NCBI RefSeq assembly: GCF_001194135.2
Contig: NC_068998.1
Location: 11,819,750 to 11,883,749 of the forward strand
DNA length: 64,000 bases
Origin: Octopus bimaculoides
Taxonomy: Eukaryota
Direction of reading: 5' to 3'
Below, one piece after another: positions 11,175 through 23,780 of the stretch (the stretch's first letter is position 1; every line of letters starts with the position of its first letter). Under the pieces are notes generated by a model. The model saw nothing but the letters and a program-made list of their open reading frames with translations, ran no database searches and had not been told where the DNA came from. The position numbers and the translations under genes were made by a program.

Positions 11175-12502
11175 GTGGGGAGTACTTAGCAATCACCTAA
11201 CATTCACCTTCTGCTAAATGGTCATGAATAAAAGAAGGAAAAATATCACCAGCTTGAAATGAGTTTGCAATACTCACTTCCATGTTTGACAACCAAATAT
11301 GTTAAACATGTAAACACTAAACATCATGTTTGGTGCTTTTTTAAAAAAATTTCTGCTCTGTGCAAACACCCACCTAACTTTATTTGTCTATTTTTTCAGT
11401 GCATTAAACATATATATCATTCTTCTGCACTTAAAAGTTGCACTGTCTTTACAGCATTGAGTTTCTGTCTTTGTTTACTATAAACAGACAGAAATTTAAT
11501 ATTCTGTATGAGAATCAGACACATGCTTTACGAGAATGAAAATGCAACGGGCTACAGCCCAGAGCCTTGGCGAGCACCTAACCCAATGTAAAGTTACATA
11601 AATGAGAAAAATTAGCAAACACACACACATGTAAGTGCATGTACAGACACATACAAGCGTGCACACAGATACATACATGAATACATGCACACACACATAC
11701 ATTCACGCACACAATTTTACTTAATGGAAAGAACAAACCACTCAATGTCAGAAACATCAAAAAGATTGAATAACACTTCACATTGAAAATTCAAGATTCT
11801 TCTGACTAAAATAAGCATCTGGTAATCATTTAACACTATATAGAGCTTGAGGCCATGTGGTCAACATAGCATTAAGCATCATACACACATTTTTTATAGC
11901 TTTCATCCAACTTACTCGAGCACTGACATTTTCCTGTTTGTTATGCCTAGCTGGCTCACTGTTCCCATTGGTGAACTGTATTTATTTTCCTAACTGTGCC
12001 AGTTACAAAATAAACATCATAGTGGCAAGTTCTAACATTCACAAACTAGCTTGGTAAAAGAGCATAGAAACCATCTGTGAGAACTTGGTAAGTATTAATA
12101 AAAGCCATATGTAAAAAGTAAAGAGGAGGGTATAAGTTTTAACTGCTTTTAACGGGAAAAAAAAAATGTAACTGATATAAAGACAGGAAATTATGAATCT
12201 GGCCAGAAATTTTAGGCTTATTACTTTTAATGAATCTATTGTTGTAAAGTTTTGTAATTAATACATTTATAACCGTAAAGAGATAGGATTCATGATATAT
12301 ATTTATATCCAAATTTACAATGGTCATTAATAAATGTTTAAACCCTCGTCCCAGCAATGTTCTCCCTCATATTCAAACAAATTAATAAAATAAATATTAA
12401 ATAATAATAATATTAATAATGCAAACATTGGGTAATAAACAGCAAAGTCAACATTTTTTGCTAAATATTATTATAAAAGATGAAAAGCAAACTATATCTC
12501 AC

Positions 12503-12742
12503 CATATGGGAATCCATGTGTGCAGCAGCTGCCACAGCCATTGAGAGGCTTTGGTAAGAAGGTATATTGGCATTTGGCCCACCTGGTATTCCAGCTGATG
12601 TCCCATTGGAATGTGGCGGTGGTTGCATTATGCTGCTTGGACCTCCTGTCAAACCTGGAATCATACCGGGAGCTGGTTGACCTTCGGCATGGTTGCGTAG
12701 AACCAATATGGCATCATCTAAACGTTCTTCCATCCTACTTTG
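12503..12742 (-). CDS. TCF12: E-protein exon: AD2/loop-helix region QSRMEERLDDAILVLRNHAEG...AAAAHMDSHM
   Basis: 240 nt, phase 0 to 0. Acceptor tttctccaaacag, donor ATG|gtgaga. Matches vertebrate QSRxEDRLxRLDDAIHVLRNHA. Confidence 0.96.
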
Positions 12743-13730
12743 CTGTTTGGAGAAAAAGAAAATTACATCATTAATTAATTGAGAATTTACCCTTTTAATG
12801 ATTTCTTCCAAGTAGGCATGAAGAACACTTCTGGAGAGTAACATGTATAGTCAATAAAACCAACTGTATTCATTTGCAATTAAATATCCAGAAACAGAAA
12901 TCAGAAGTTGACCTCTGAAATTTGAACACAAAGAGACCAGACTCAATTGCTGTAAGGTATAAAATACAATCTAATGTGCTACTGTTATCAGCAGTTATAC
13001 ACAATGTGATGAAGTAATAATTATTGTTTGCTATTTGTCTGGGTCAAGCTACTTAACAGCATAGCATAGCTGTATGGTTAGGAAGTTTGCTTTGTGACAA
13101 CATGGTTCTGGGTTCACGATCACTGCAGAGCACCTTGGGTAAATGTCTTCAACCACAGCCCTGAGTTGACCAATGTTTCCCCGAGTAAAATTTGGTCAAC
13201 AGAGACTGTGCTAGAGTATTTTCACTGCTCTAAATAGGGATTTAATTTCTGAAATTCAAGCAGGTCTTGCAGAAGATTTTGAAGACACAAAAGGTGTAAA
13301 AGATTTATTGAAATTTTCTTTGAATTTCTATCTTTCTGGTTTCTCTGTCAGCTTTACCAATTTGGATATAATTGGTATATATTCCTTAAGATTCTCTTTC
13401 TGCCCTCCCTTGATGACAACACCATATATCCTATTTTAAATGTGAGACTGTAAGAAATACAAATTTTCTATGCAAAGAGAAATATGTATTTCTGAGTGTG
13501 CCTTCTCGCCTTAGCCAGCTCTATATATATGGATATTATATGCACACCATTCTTTTAGTGTTCACTTTTCCATGCTCTCATGGGTTCAATAGAGTTTATT
13601 GAGACAACCTTTCTGCAGCCAGGTGTCCTTCCTTCCACCAATCCCCCACCTGTTTTAGCAGAATATTGGAAATGAATGACACTGCTTCTATGTCAGTGAC
13701 ATAATTTACATTTATCACAAGATATCAAGA

Positions 13731-13765
<35 letters not shown>

Positions 13766-14159
13766 CACATATCATCATCATTTAACACCTATCTTGCATG
13801 CTGGTATGGGTTGGACAGTTTGACAGAAGCCAGCCAGGTAGAAGACCACACCAGGCTGCTGTGTTTGTTTCAGCATGGTTTTATGGCTGAACGCCCTTCC
13901 TAACAGCAATACATGTCCTGTGATTCAGGAAAAGATCAAATAGATAAAAACAGCGACAATTTACAACTTCAAGAAAATATACTTTCCACAAGAATCCAAT
14001 TTGATGTCATGCAAACAAAAGCCACAAATTCTTTACATTTTTATTTCTTTTCTTCTTCAATCATACATGCAAGAAGTTTAAAACATTCTAATAAAATATG
14101 TATAGAGGGATTTGGGAAAAATACATATGAGATTTGAAAAGATCATGTTGGTTGACTAG

Positions 14160-14198
<39 letters not shown>

Positions 14199-14245
14199 CC
14201 ATTCAAGTGTGGATTTGATGGAGCTTTAAGAGCTGGGTGTTCTTC

Positions 14246-14474
14246 TTAACCCCTTCAATACCAACCCAACTGAAACCGCCTCTAGATCTGTAGTACAAAT
14301 GTCTTGTTTTCAAAAGTTCTGAATTGAAATCTTCCACCAAACCTTAGTCACAATTTAAGTTCTTAACACTAGCTTAATGATAAGTAAGTTATTTTACTAA
14401 ATTCTTTGTTATATTAAAAATTAACTGAAAGAAACACAGAGCATCTCAACAGAAATATAGTAACAAATGGTTAA
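14246..14474 (+). mobile_element. TTAA MITE family 2 (piggyBac-like ends)
   Basis: TTAA at 14246-14249 and 14471-14474 with imperfect CCC..TAC/GTA..GG termini. A related decayed copy lies at about 5840-6030. Confidence 0.6.
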
Positions 14475-14889
14475 TGAGTACCATCTTCAATAGAAGAATG
14501 GTTGCATAACCAGCTCTGTGTGTGTGCTCTTTCCATGTGTAATACATGATACATCTCTATGGACGTGTCATTTCTCTCTATAAATTAGCATCTGTCCAAA
14601 CCCTAAACTCTAATCAGTGCCCTTGATCCTTTACAGAGACTCCAAGACTCAAAGAGGGAGAGACGGAGAAGAAGGCATTTTGAAACCGAAGACCTCTCAA
14701 ATGCTTGCAACAGAGTGGATTCTGCTAAAGGCAGGCACTCAAGGTGGCAAATGGTGGGGAATGGATTAAGTCTGCCACCTATGTAAGCCATGAAGAATAC
14801 GCAACTGAGAAAAATAAAGGGCATGAACAAATACTACAATTATTATTATTATTATTATTATACCATTTGACACACTAAAGGTTTCTATC

Positions 14890-15045
14890 AGTCCACTTGT
14901 CTTAGATTGGTGTATTTGTTGATTTGGAAGGATGAAAAGTAAAGTTGACCTCAGCGGGATTTGAACTCAGAACACAAGTTGTCAGAATAAATAAAGCAAT
15001 GTATTTTGTCTGACACCGTAACAACTCAGCCACTCCAGCACCTAC
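14890..15045 (-). mobile_element. SINE family A copy
   Basis: ggatgaaaagtaaagttgacctcagcgggatttgaactcag core. Confidence 0.75.
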
Positions 15046-15144
15046 TCTTTATTTCATGGGATCTGTGATAGCACCAAGGAGAAGAAATGTCCACAAAATA
15101 TGGTAAAAATCACTGGAGCTATCTAACAATAATATAGGCACAGG

Positions 15145-15460
15145 AGTGGCTATGTGATAAGAAGTTTGCTTCCCAACCACATGGTTCCAGGTCCAGATCC
15201 ACAAGTGTCTTCTACTACAGTCTTGGGCCAACCAAAGCCTGCAAGTGAACCTGGTAGATGGAAACTGATAAAAGCTCATTGTACATATGTATACATCTAT
15301 GTGAGTGAGTCTTTGTGCCAGTGTTTTCCCCCTGCCCCCACTACCGTCACTTGATAACCAATGTTGATGCCTTTATGTGCCTGAAATTTAGCAGTTTGAC
15401 AAAAGACAGAGAGACTAAGTAACCAGGCTTAAAAGAATTTAAAAAGAAAAAAATACTGAG
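15145..15460 (+). mobile_element. tRNA-head SINE family C, long copy
   Basis: tggctatgtgataagaagtttgcttcccaaccacatggttccagg head, ccaaagcc..gtagatggaaactga body and gactaagtaaccaggctt 3' part. Confidence 0.75.
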
Positions 15461-16711
15461 GTCTATTCTTCTTCTCACACAGCCATGCATGCGACTATAA
15501 TTTGAAATCATTTCCACTCAATACACATCTTAACATAGTCTAAAAGCTTTAATATGCCAAAAGTGTGTATTGTAGTTCAATGGCAGTTAGCAGGTAGGTT
15601 CAAATAAATTTTACCATCCAAATATTCATCTGCCTCACAACTGTAATGTCACTGAAAGTTAAATGGAATCCTGAATGTGAGCCTTTGTTTAACCCTTTGC
15701 CTGTCTTGTTTACCACATGTGAAACATACAACATGTTTCTCTGACATCCATGCATCGTATATGATACATATTACCTTTTTTTTTTTTCAACCACCAGAGT
15801 AATGTGTGACTTATAAAAGGAAAGCTTTATATTACTTAGATCACATGAGAAAGGGCTAAGTGGAAGTTTGAATACAAGCATGACTGTTAAGAACAAACTT
15901 ATAAAAAATGCTTTGGGTAGGTAAGAGGTTAAATGTGGAGGTCAATATCCTGAAACTCAAAAGTTTCACTAAGAAAATACTGCTGAACGAACTAGATATG
16001 TATAGAAATGAAGGAAATACATGTGATTGCGAGGAAAGCCAAGGTAAAAGTAAACTAACGGGTGGAAGTCTTAAGATGAAATATTTCAAATTGTTGTCTA
16101 CATGAAGCTGGCATGGAAAACCAGTTATGACGACGGCAGTAGCAACAATAACGAAGCCGGCAAGGAAGGGTTTTATGCTTTTGAAGAAACAATGGCAGCA
16201 AAAACAGTTAAGTTACAAAACTGCTACCGCCACCACTAGCATCACCAGCAACACTAAGACGAACAACTGAGAAAATGAGATGATGGGAGTTTGCAATTAG
16301 CAAACACTACTTCTTCTATAAAGTGAAATCGTGAGTAATTAGGACAGTTCATAAATGCTACAACACCATTTTATGGGTATGTGTACACACAGAGATACAC
16401 ACAAACAGAAATTATTTACTGAGAGGGCCGAGAATATGAGTAAATCTTGAAGGTTGATGAGTTAATTGTTAGCTGAGAGTTTGATAAGTTCAGAGAGACA
16501 GGAATACAGCTTTGTAGAATATATTTAAGCATTGCTGCCGCTGCTGCTCGCTGTTAGAAATGAAGCAAAAGGTTTAATGATATTCTTGGCAGCCTGACAA
16601 AACAGCACACACTTTAAATACATAAGCTGATCATGGATGCAAATGCTCTGAAGTCTAGTCTGATATATAAACAGTGAGTCATTAAAAAAGAGAGAGAGAG
16701 AGAGAAAGGGA

Positions 16712-16742
<31 letters not shown>

Positions 16743-16983
16743 GACAGGCTGAAAAGGCAGGGAGAACTCAGTAGCTGAGGTTTGTGGTAGTTTGAAGCAA
16801 CTCAGAAAACTTTTTGTTACTACTGATGACAATAACAGGTATTGCTGCAAGACACAACAAAATCAGAAGTGTTATCTTACAAAAAGCAATGATGATATAA
16901 ATAAATAAATAAATAAAAAACAAAAACAAGGTGATATAAAAGAAAGTAATGAAATAACACAATAATGCGAGTGAGAGAAGAAA

Positions 16984-17276
16984 NNNNNNNNNNNNNNNNN
17001 NNNNNNNNNNNNNNNNNNNNNNNNNNNNNNNNNNNNNNNNNNNNNNNNNNNNNNNNNNNNNNNNNNNNNNNNNNNNNNNNNNNNNNNNNNNNNNNNNNNN
17101 NNNNNNNNNNNNNNNNNNNNNNNNNNNNNNNNNNNNNNNNNNNNNNNNNNNNNNNNNNNNNNNNNNNNNNNNNNNNNNNNNNNNNNNNNNNNNNNNNNNN
17201 NNNNNNNNNNNNNNNNNNNNNNNNNNNNNNNNNNNNNNNNNNNNNNNNNNNNNNNNNNNNNNNNNNNNNNNNNNNN
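16984..17276. other. Assembly gap (N run)
   Basis: Run of N. Confidence 1.
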
Positions 17277-17944
17277 TAAATAGATCGTATTGTAGATACT
17301 TTAGCCCCCAAAATCAATTTTACCTACTCAAGTTTCATATTTATGTGGGTGGCTGTATCATACACCCACACACTTGTATGTATATCATCATCATTATCGT
17401 TTTACATCTGGTTTTCCATGCTGGTATGGGTTGGGTAGGTTTCTTGTTGCAATTTGCAACAGGGGAAACAGAAGGAAAAACAAAAAAAAAAAAAAACACT
17501 CGGTTATGTTGGTGCATGTGCTTACAGCGTGGACTTCATGCATTTTATTAGGCCACTATCACAAAAGAGGTTGTCTCCAGTGGAAAATTAAAGGATCCTT
17601 CTGATCTGAAACAGCTCTTGGAATTCACAAGTTGCATCACAGATTGACAGGGTTGCATATTAATCAAATTTTCTATGGCTGGATGCCTACCCTATCATAA
17701 ACCGCTTGGGTACTTTCTATCATGCCATCAACATGAGAGAGGGTACCTATGTGAATGTGAGGACTAAAGAGTTCTCTCTACTCTGTATCATCAGAACTTA
17801 TTTGAATGTGCTGCCCTCCTTGGAGGTCTGCCTGTGGTATTGCTTGTCAAGTCCACTTTTGACATGTATGTTTTGTTTTTGTGTAGTCTTTATGGCTAGA
17901 TACCCTTTTTATCACCAATTATAGGAAGTCACATAAAATATATA

Positions 17945-18130
17945 TCATCATCATCATCGTTTAACGTCCGCTTTCCATGCTAGCATGGGTTGGACGATTT
18001 GACTGAGGACTGGTGAAACCGGATGGCAACACCAGGCTCCAGTCTGATTTGGCAGAGTTTCTACAGCTGGATGCCCTTCCTAACGCCAACCACTCAGAGA
18101 GTGTAGTGGGTGCTTTTACGTGTCACCCGC
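17945..18130 (-). mobile_element. SINE family B, well-preserved copy (GGTTGGCGTTAGGAAGGGCATCCAGCTGTAGAAA core; (GAT)n tail)
   Basis: CpG-retaining copy, highly similar to 29570-29740. Confidence 0.9.
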
Positions 18131-20071
18131 ATATATGTCTATATATATGCACAGAACACAGCTAATGTCATTTGAAAGTTGTCTAACTAGCTACAAAGCA
18201 TGACACATACTAAGGTTGCTAAGTGTGGAAGAATGGCAATATTATAGACAGTACTTAATCATGGGCTAGATGAGATCACTAATTCTGAAATTTGCACAGA
18301 TTCTCAAAGGAAGTGCTTCGGGTGTGCTTGCTCTGGTCAACTACACAATGAAAGTTGTAAGCTAGATTTCTGCAAGGCAAATAAATGGAGAGGGTAACAC
18401 AATGACAACAGCATTGCTAAAAACTTACCATAAAATCACCTCATCTGTCATAACAAGAACAACAATAAGAATAAGAATAATGATGATAATTATTTTGTAG
18501 TCAAGAGAGCTGACTCCAGAATATTAACGATAAACGTTCTATCGGTTCTGGAAGAATGCAAAATAAAAGTAGCTCTTCAGAGATTTCAATTCAGAACAGT
18601 GAGACATGGAATTAGATACCAAAAAGCTTCTAGTCCACTATTCTAGTTCTGGCACCATTTTCAAAAATCTAATCCTCCAGTTCAATTTATGAAGATTTCT
18701 AACACTGACACAAGCCAGAATTTCTGTGATCTTCATGCCTTTTGTCAAAGCATTAACGATTTCATTGTAGTCAAACTTGAAGCTGGTATCTGATCACAAA
18801 ATTGAGTTTCTTTTTGAGAGCTTACTTCTATAATACTCACCAACTTTCTATGTTATAATAAAGATGATGATGATGATGATGAAAAAATTATGAAACAAAT
18901 ATAGCATCAACTGCAAATACACAGAGTTAAGGAACCAGTTGTAGACCTGACCCACTTGTTTTGCTGTGTACTTACACAATTTTACAAAAAATATGACCAA
19001 TGGCATGAAGACCATAACAGCATCTGAACAAGAGATCTTTCTTGAAAAACTATCAAACTGTTATTTCATGAAAACAAATTACTGAGCCTCAAAATACTGA
19101 ACCTTTCAACACTTGCAAATGTCTAATGTTTTAGTCTTGTCTCGTGCATTTGGCCATGAACAAATAAGAAAATATACACAATCTCAACCTAGTGTTTTAA
19201 TAATACTAAATATCAAAATCATCAGTATTTTTACTCAATTATTGCAATTGCTACACTTCATGTGACCATTTTGGTTTGTGTGCTAGGCCAGTGGCACTCC
19301 AATTCAGATTTCACCCAATGCAAAGCTGATCTATTCTAAGCTGGGTTAAAGTTTCAAACCCAACCTACTACCCACCAACACCTATAGTTTTATCAAAACC
19401 ACACAACTCCCGACTTGAAACTTTCCTAAGCTGTTTCAATTTAAGGATTGTTCCAGAAACTTCATGTAACTCTAACATTGTTTTGCACTAACAGCAAAGT
19501 TAAAGACAGATTTTAAAATCATTTACTTTCTGAAACTAATATCAAGCCATCCACACTTTGTCCACCATGTTTTCCTTCTAATAATACATAATACATATTA
19601 CCATAAACTCTCCCACATAGGGATATTTTAGCCATTCTAACTTAATGATTCTATTTTGAATTTATAGTGCATTTTAATATAATAGAAAAAAAAAAAAAAG
19701 AAAATGAATACACTAACTGTTGAGTGTAAAATAAAAAACAAAATTTATGTTTATAGCATGCAAACATCTCCACAGTTTTTTAATGATCATGCTGACTTTC
19801 TTTGCAAATACAAGGCAATACATTAAGCACTGGTGCACCAGATTACCAAATCATTCCTTGATTTAACCATGCAGTATATTACAATTCTATCATCTGTAAC
19901 TCTTTTTTTTTCAGAGAAACGATTGACCAATCAAATCATGCAGTCTATCTTCTGCTACCATGCTACTGCTTAACCCAGTGTTGCTGTAGAAGCAAGGCAA
20001 CTACAGTTGGAGATGTTTTCAACACACATTCACAGCAAAATTTAACACGGAATAACATAATAGAAGCCTAC

Positions 20072-20110
20072 CTTCTGAATGTTCTTGTTTTCTCCCCTGC
20101 TATAGCGTAG
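20072..20110 (-). CDS. Candidate 39-nt cassette exon LRYSRGENKNIQK
   Basis: Acceptor ttgtttttatctttcattaaag, donor AAG|gtaggc, phase 0 to 0, no stop codon. No homology support. Confidence 0.5.
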
Positions 20111-20799
20111 CTTTAATGAAAGATAAAAACAACAGTTTACCACAGTATTGAACCAAGTTTAATTTTAAAATGAGCAAAACAACCATAAAAATGCATCGCA
20201 GTCTTTATATTGTTTTTTTTTTATCCTTCAGAATTGTGGAAGAACCTACAGCAAAAGTATATTAGTATATCTTAAGCGTTTAACATGCTTCATTCCCCAT
20301 GAAGCATATATACCTCATATTCATTCCCCATGAAGTATGTATACCTCATATACTGACCCACACAACTACAATTATTGGTGTATATAAGTCTGTGAGGATG
20401 TATGAGTGATTATGAGTGTATGTGTGGTGGCATGCTGCATGAGATGAACCGATGTACAAAATTAAACACTTGCATATGTCCCTACTCCGCACACTGAATA
20501 AGTATTTTTACAAGTTGATGTCTGCCTTAAAATCCATAGCTTCAGCTAAATAGACTTGAGTAAATGTAAAGTGGACTGCCCGAGAATCTACAACCCAATG
20601 CCAATCACAGAGTTTGAAGCAATCATTTGTAGGAACTAACCACCATATTGACATCTAATAGTGATAAAACTGAGAGTTAGAAATTGATTTCACCACTGGA
20701 ACGAAAGCAATCTGATAACACATTCATAACAAATTGGATTAGCTGAAGTGTTTGGAAGATTTCAATAGAACATTTGAAGAAAATGATGCAAACACTTAC

Positions 20800-20879
20800 T
20801 AATGAATGAAGATGGTTGTCAAAATGTGGCGAGGTAGTGCTGCTCTGAGTGCTTGGTCGCTGCCAGTGACTAGTTGGGC
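20800..20879 (-). CDS. TCF12: E-protein exon: (G)PTSHWQRPSTQSSTTSPHFDNHLHSL
   Basis: 80 nt, phase 1 to 0. Acceptor tactatttcag, donor |gtaagt. Corresponds to the vertebrate ...W...SPxYE..LHSL exon. Confidence 0.93.
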
Positions 20880-22418
20880 CTGAAATAGTAACAAAATAAT
20901 TCAATAACAAGCTTTATTAAACAATTTCATACACAAATGAACAAATAAAATCAGTATGCTTTTGTATCAAACAATGTTTCCCACTTTTCCATAATAGTCA
21001 ATAAAGCTGATATTTTGGCATTCAACACTCTAGATATAAGCACTGTTAAATTTCAAGACTGCTAATATTCTTTGAATTTCGCTCTTTTGTTTAAAGCTGT
21101 CACACCAGTATCTAACAAAGCCTTCTTCATTCAGCTACCTTTCTTGAAAATAAAAATCCTTAAATAGGTTTTATTTTATAATATGATGTTGATACCATAT
21201 TCCACTCACTTTGCAAAAGAAATTGTCTATATGGCTGACATTTCAGCATAAAATTGTGAGGTTAAAAGACATCATATTTTTGATGATGTCTTTGAATTCA
21301 CTCTGTTATTGAAAGTTTCTGCATTACCACTGAAATCCACATCCAAAAGTCTGGGTGTTGAACAATGATAGTATTAACCCCATTATGTGCATCCTCATTT
21401 TCATTGGTCCCATTTTGGTTAAACGATGTGTGTTATTAAAATACTTGAAGCATCTCCTACAAGTACTATAGAAATTACTTCTGCTAGTCAACATCAAAAC
21501 AGTTGGAAGGTGATTTTGATATAATTTTCTCTCTCCACCGGAGAAAGTAATCTCGTGATACCAAAACACTTTAAAGGCAAACCTGTTAGGGATTTCGTCC
21601 TTACAAAAGTTTGCCAGATGATGATGAAAACAAGATGGTGACAACCTTCAATGATGGAGTGAAGTGCAAAGAACATTTGAAGACCTGTCGATTCAAAATG
21701 CTTTATCTAGTAGAGTATTTTAAACTGGACTGTATAGGTGCAGGCATGGATGTATGGTCAAGAAGCTTGCTTTCCACCATGCGGTGTCAGGTTCTGTCCC
21801 ACAGCTCAGTACCTTGAGCAGTTGGCTTCTACTATAGCCCCAGCCTGACCAAAGCCATTTGAGAGGATTTGATAGATGGAAAATAAAAAAAGAAGCTCAT
21901 CATGTGTATACCCTTGTCTTGACAACAGTTGAGGGTTGGCAACAGCAAGGGCATCTGGCTTTGGATAATCTACTTCACTGAATTCCATCTAACTCATGCA
22001 AACATGGAAATATAGATACTAAAAGGTGACGATAATATATAACTGCATTAATTCATTTTTATAGGATAAACAATACTTCCAGTTTCATCTATGTTGGATG
22101 AAAGAATATTCATAAGGCAAGTTTTAAAAAGAATCTTTGCTTAATTATTCTTTCCCATTACATATAACTTTATATAAGTCATTAACAAATGATATAATAA
22201 TTATTAATACACTTATTCAATTAATATATATAAGTGTACACTACATATTAATGTCCTAAAAATGGTGAACACACACATACACACATATATATATACCATT
22301 TATAGGACATATATATATATTATAGAACCTTTAGTTCTAATATATTTTATAGAACCTTTAGATCTAATGTACTCAATATTTCCCATAATTGCTTTCTCCT
22401 GATGATTTGAATTTTTAC

Positions 22419-22497
22419 CTGACATAGGAGGAGGTGATGATACTGGAGTGGAAGGGTTCGAGCCATAACTGCTGTTAGTATGTTCTGTGGAGTAGAT
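22419..22497 (-). CDS. TCF12: E-protein exon: IYSTEHTNSSYGSNPSTPVSSPPPMS
   Basis: 79 nt, phase 0 to 1. Acceptor ttttctgtttttctag, donor CAG|gtaaaa. Matches vertebrate [23 protein letters not shown]. Confidence 0.96.
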
Positions 22498-22599
22498 CTA
22501 GAAAACAGAAAAGCAAATCATAATAATAAATAACGATAATGATGATGAACAATGAAAATGATGATGATGACAATGATGATGATATAGGCATAAGACCAC

Positions 22600-23780
22600 A
22601 AAAATGGGGGGACGGAGGGAATGGTTGATTAAATCAGCATTGGTTCACGACTAGTACATGTTTGCATGATGCCAAAAGGATGAAAAGCCAAAGACACTCC
22701 CAGATTGATTTGAACTCAAAATGCAAAGGGGAAGTAACTAAATACCATAAGGCAGGCAATTCGTTCAGTGCCTGATTTTGCCATTTATATTAGTAATAGA
22801 GGAAGTAACAATTGCTTCAATAGGCAAAAGACCAGAAATCTGGGGAGTGGGGATAGTTAGTCAATCAAATCAATCCCAGTACTTTTCATCGACCCAAGAA
22901 GGATGACAAGCAAAGCTAACAATGGCTGGATATGAACACTGAATGTAAAGATCTGGAATATATATCACCAGACACTTTAACAATTCTACCAATAACAATG
23001 AAGGGAAAAGGGTTATTAGTTGATACCACTGATCCCTGTAATAGACTTGTACAGTGGTACTCAACCTGTAGTCCGCAAAGGTAGTACTGGGGGGGGGGTC
23101 TGTGAACTAAATTCAAAGTTTCATATATATATATATATATAAATAAGGATAAGCATATTAAAAGGGGTTTGTGGAAAAACTCATTTAAATGAAAGGGGTC
23201 CTTGGCAGTGAAAAGGTTGGGAACCACTGGACTAGTACTTTATTGACTGGTAGGGTGAAAGGCAAAGTTGACCTCAGCAGGTTTGAACTCAGAATGTAAA
23301 GAGTCATAACAAACACTAATGATTCTGTCAATCCCCTACCATAATAATAATAATAATAATAATAATAATCCTTTCTACAAAAGGCACAAGGCCTGAAATT
23401 TGGAGGGAGAGGACTAATTAATTACACTGACCCCAGTGTTTTACTAGTACTTAATCTATCAAACTTGAAAGGATGAAAGACAAAGTCGACTCGGTGGAAT
23501 TTGAACTCAGAACGTAGCGACAAGCAATATACCGCTAAACATTTCGTCCAGTGTGCCAACGGTTCTGCCGGCATTTCCGTTTTAAGCACAAGGCCAACAA
23601 TTTTGAAAGGGAGATGTTAGTTGCTACCCCTCAGTACTTGACTGGTTCTTCGTTTTACTGGTCCCAAAGGAATGAAAAGCAAAGGCCGACCCATGTAGGA
23701 TTCAAACTCAGTGAAAGTACCGGAACAAATATTGCAAGGCATTTTCTCCATGCTCTAATCATTCCTGCCAATCCACTATG
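22600..23780 (-). mobile_element. Cluster of about 5 same-orientation family A SINE copies separated by (AAT)n/(GAT)n
   Basis: The ggatgaaa..aaagtcgac..ggaatttgaactcag core recurs near 22680, 22900, 23260, 23470 and 23670. Confidence 0.8.

Noticed and set aside
12791-12830. Apparent exon CAG|AAGTGT...AAAAGG|GTAAAT (N-terminal part of ORF 12461-12844)
   Set aside because: It is 40 nt with an in-frame TAA and would leave only a 48-nt intron.
20226-20265. Strong-looking acceptor ACTAAT..CTTTTGCTGTAG|GTTCTT near the cassette exon
   Set aside because: There is an in-frame TGA after 5 codons and no good donor nearby.
21324-21760. ORFs 21324-21644 and 21611-21817 as a possible gene or RT fragment
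   Set aside because: No clear motifs. It may be a very decayed LINE, but this cannot be supported.
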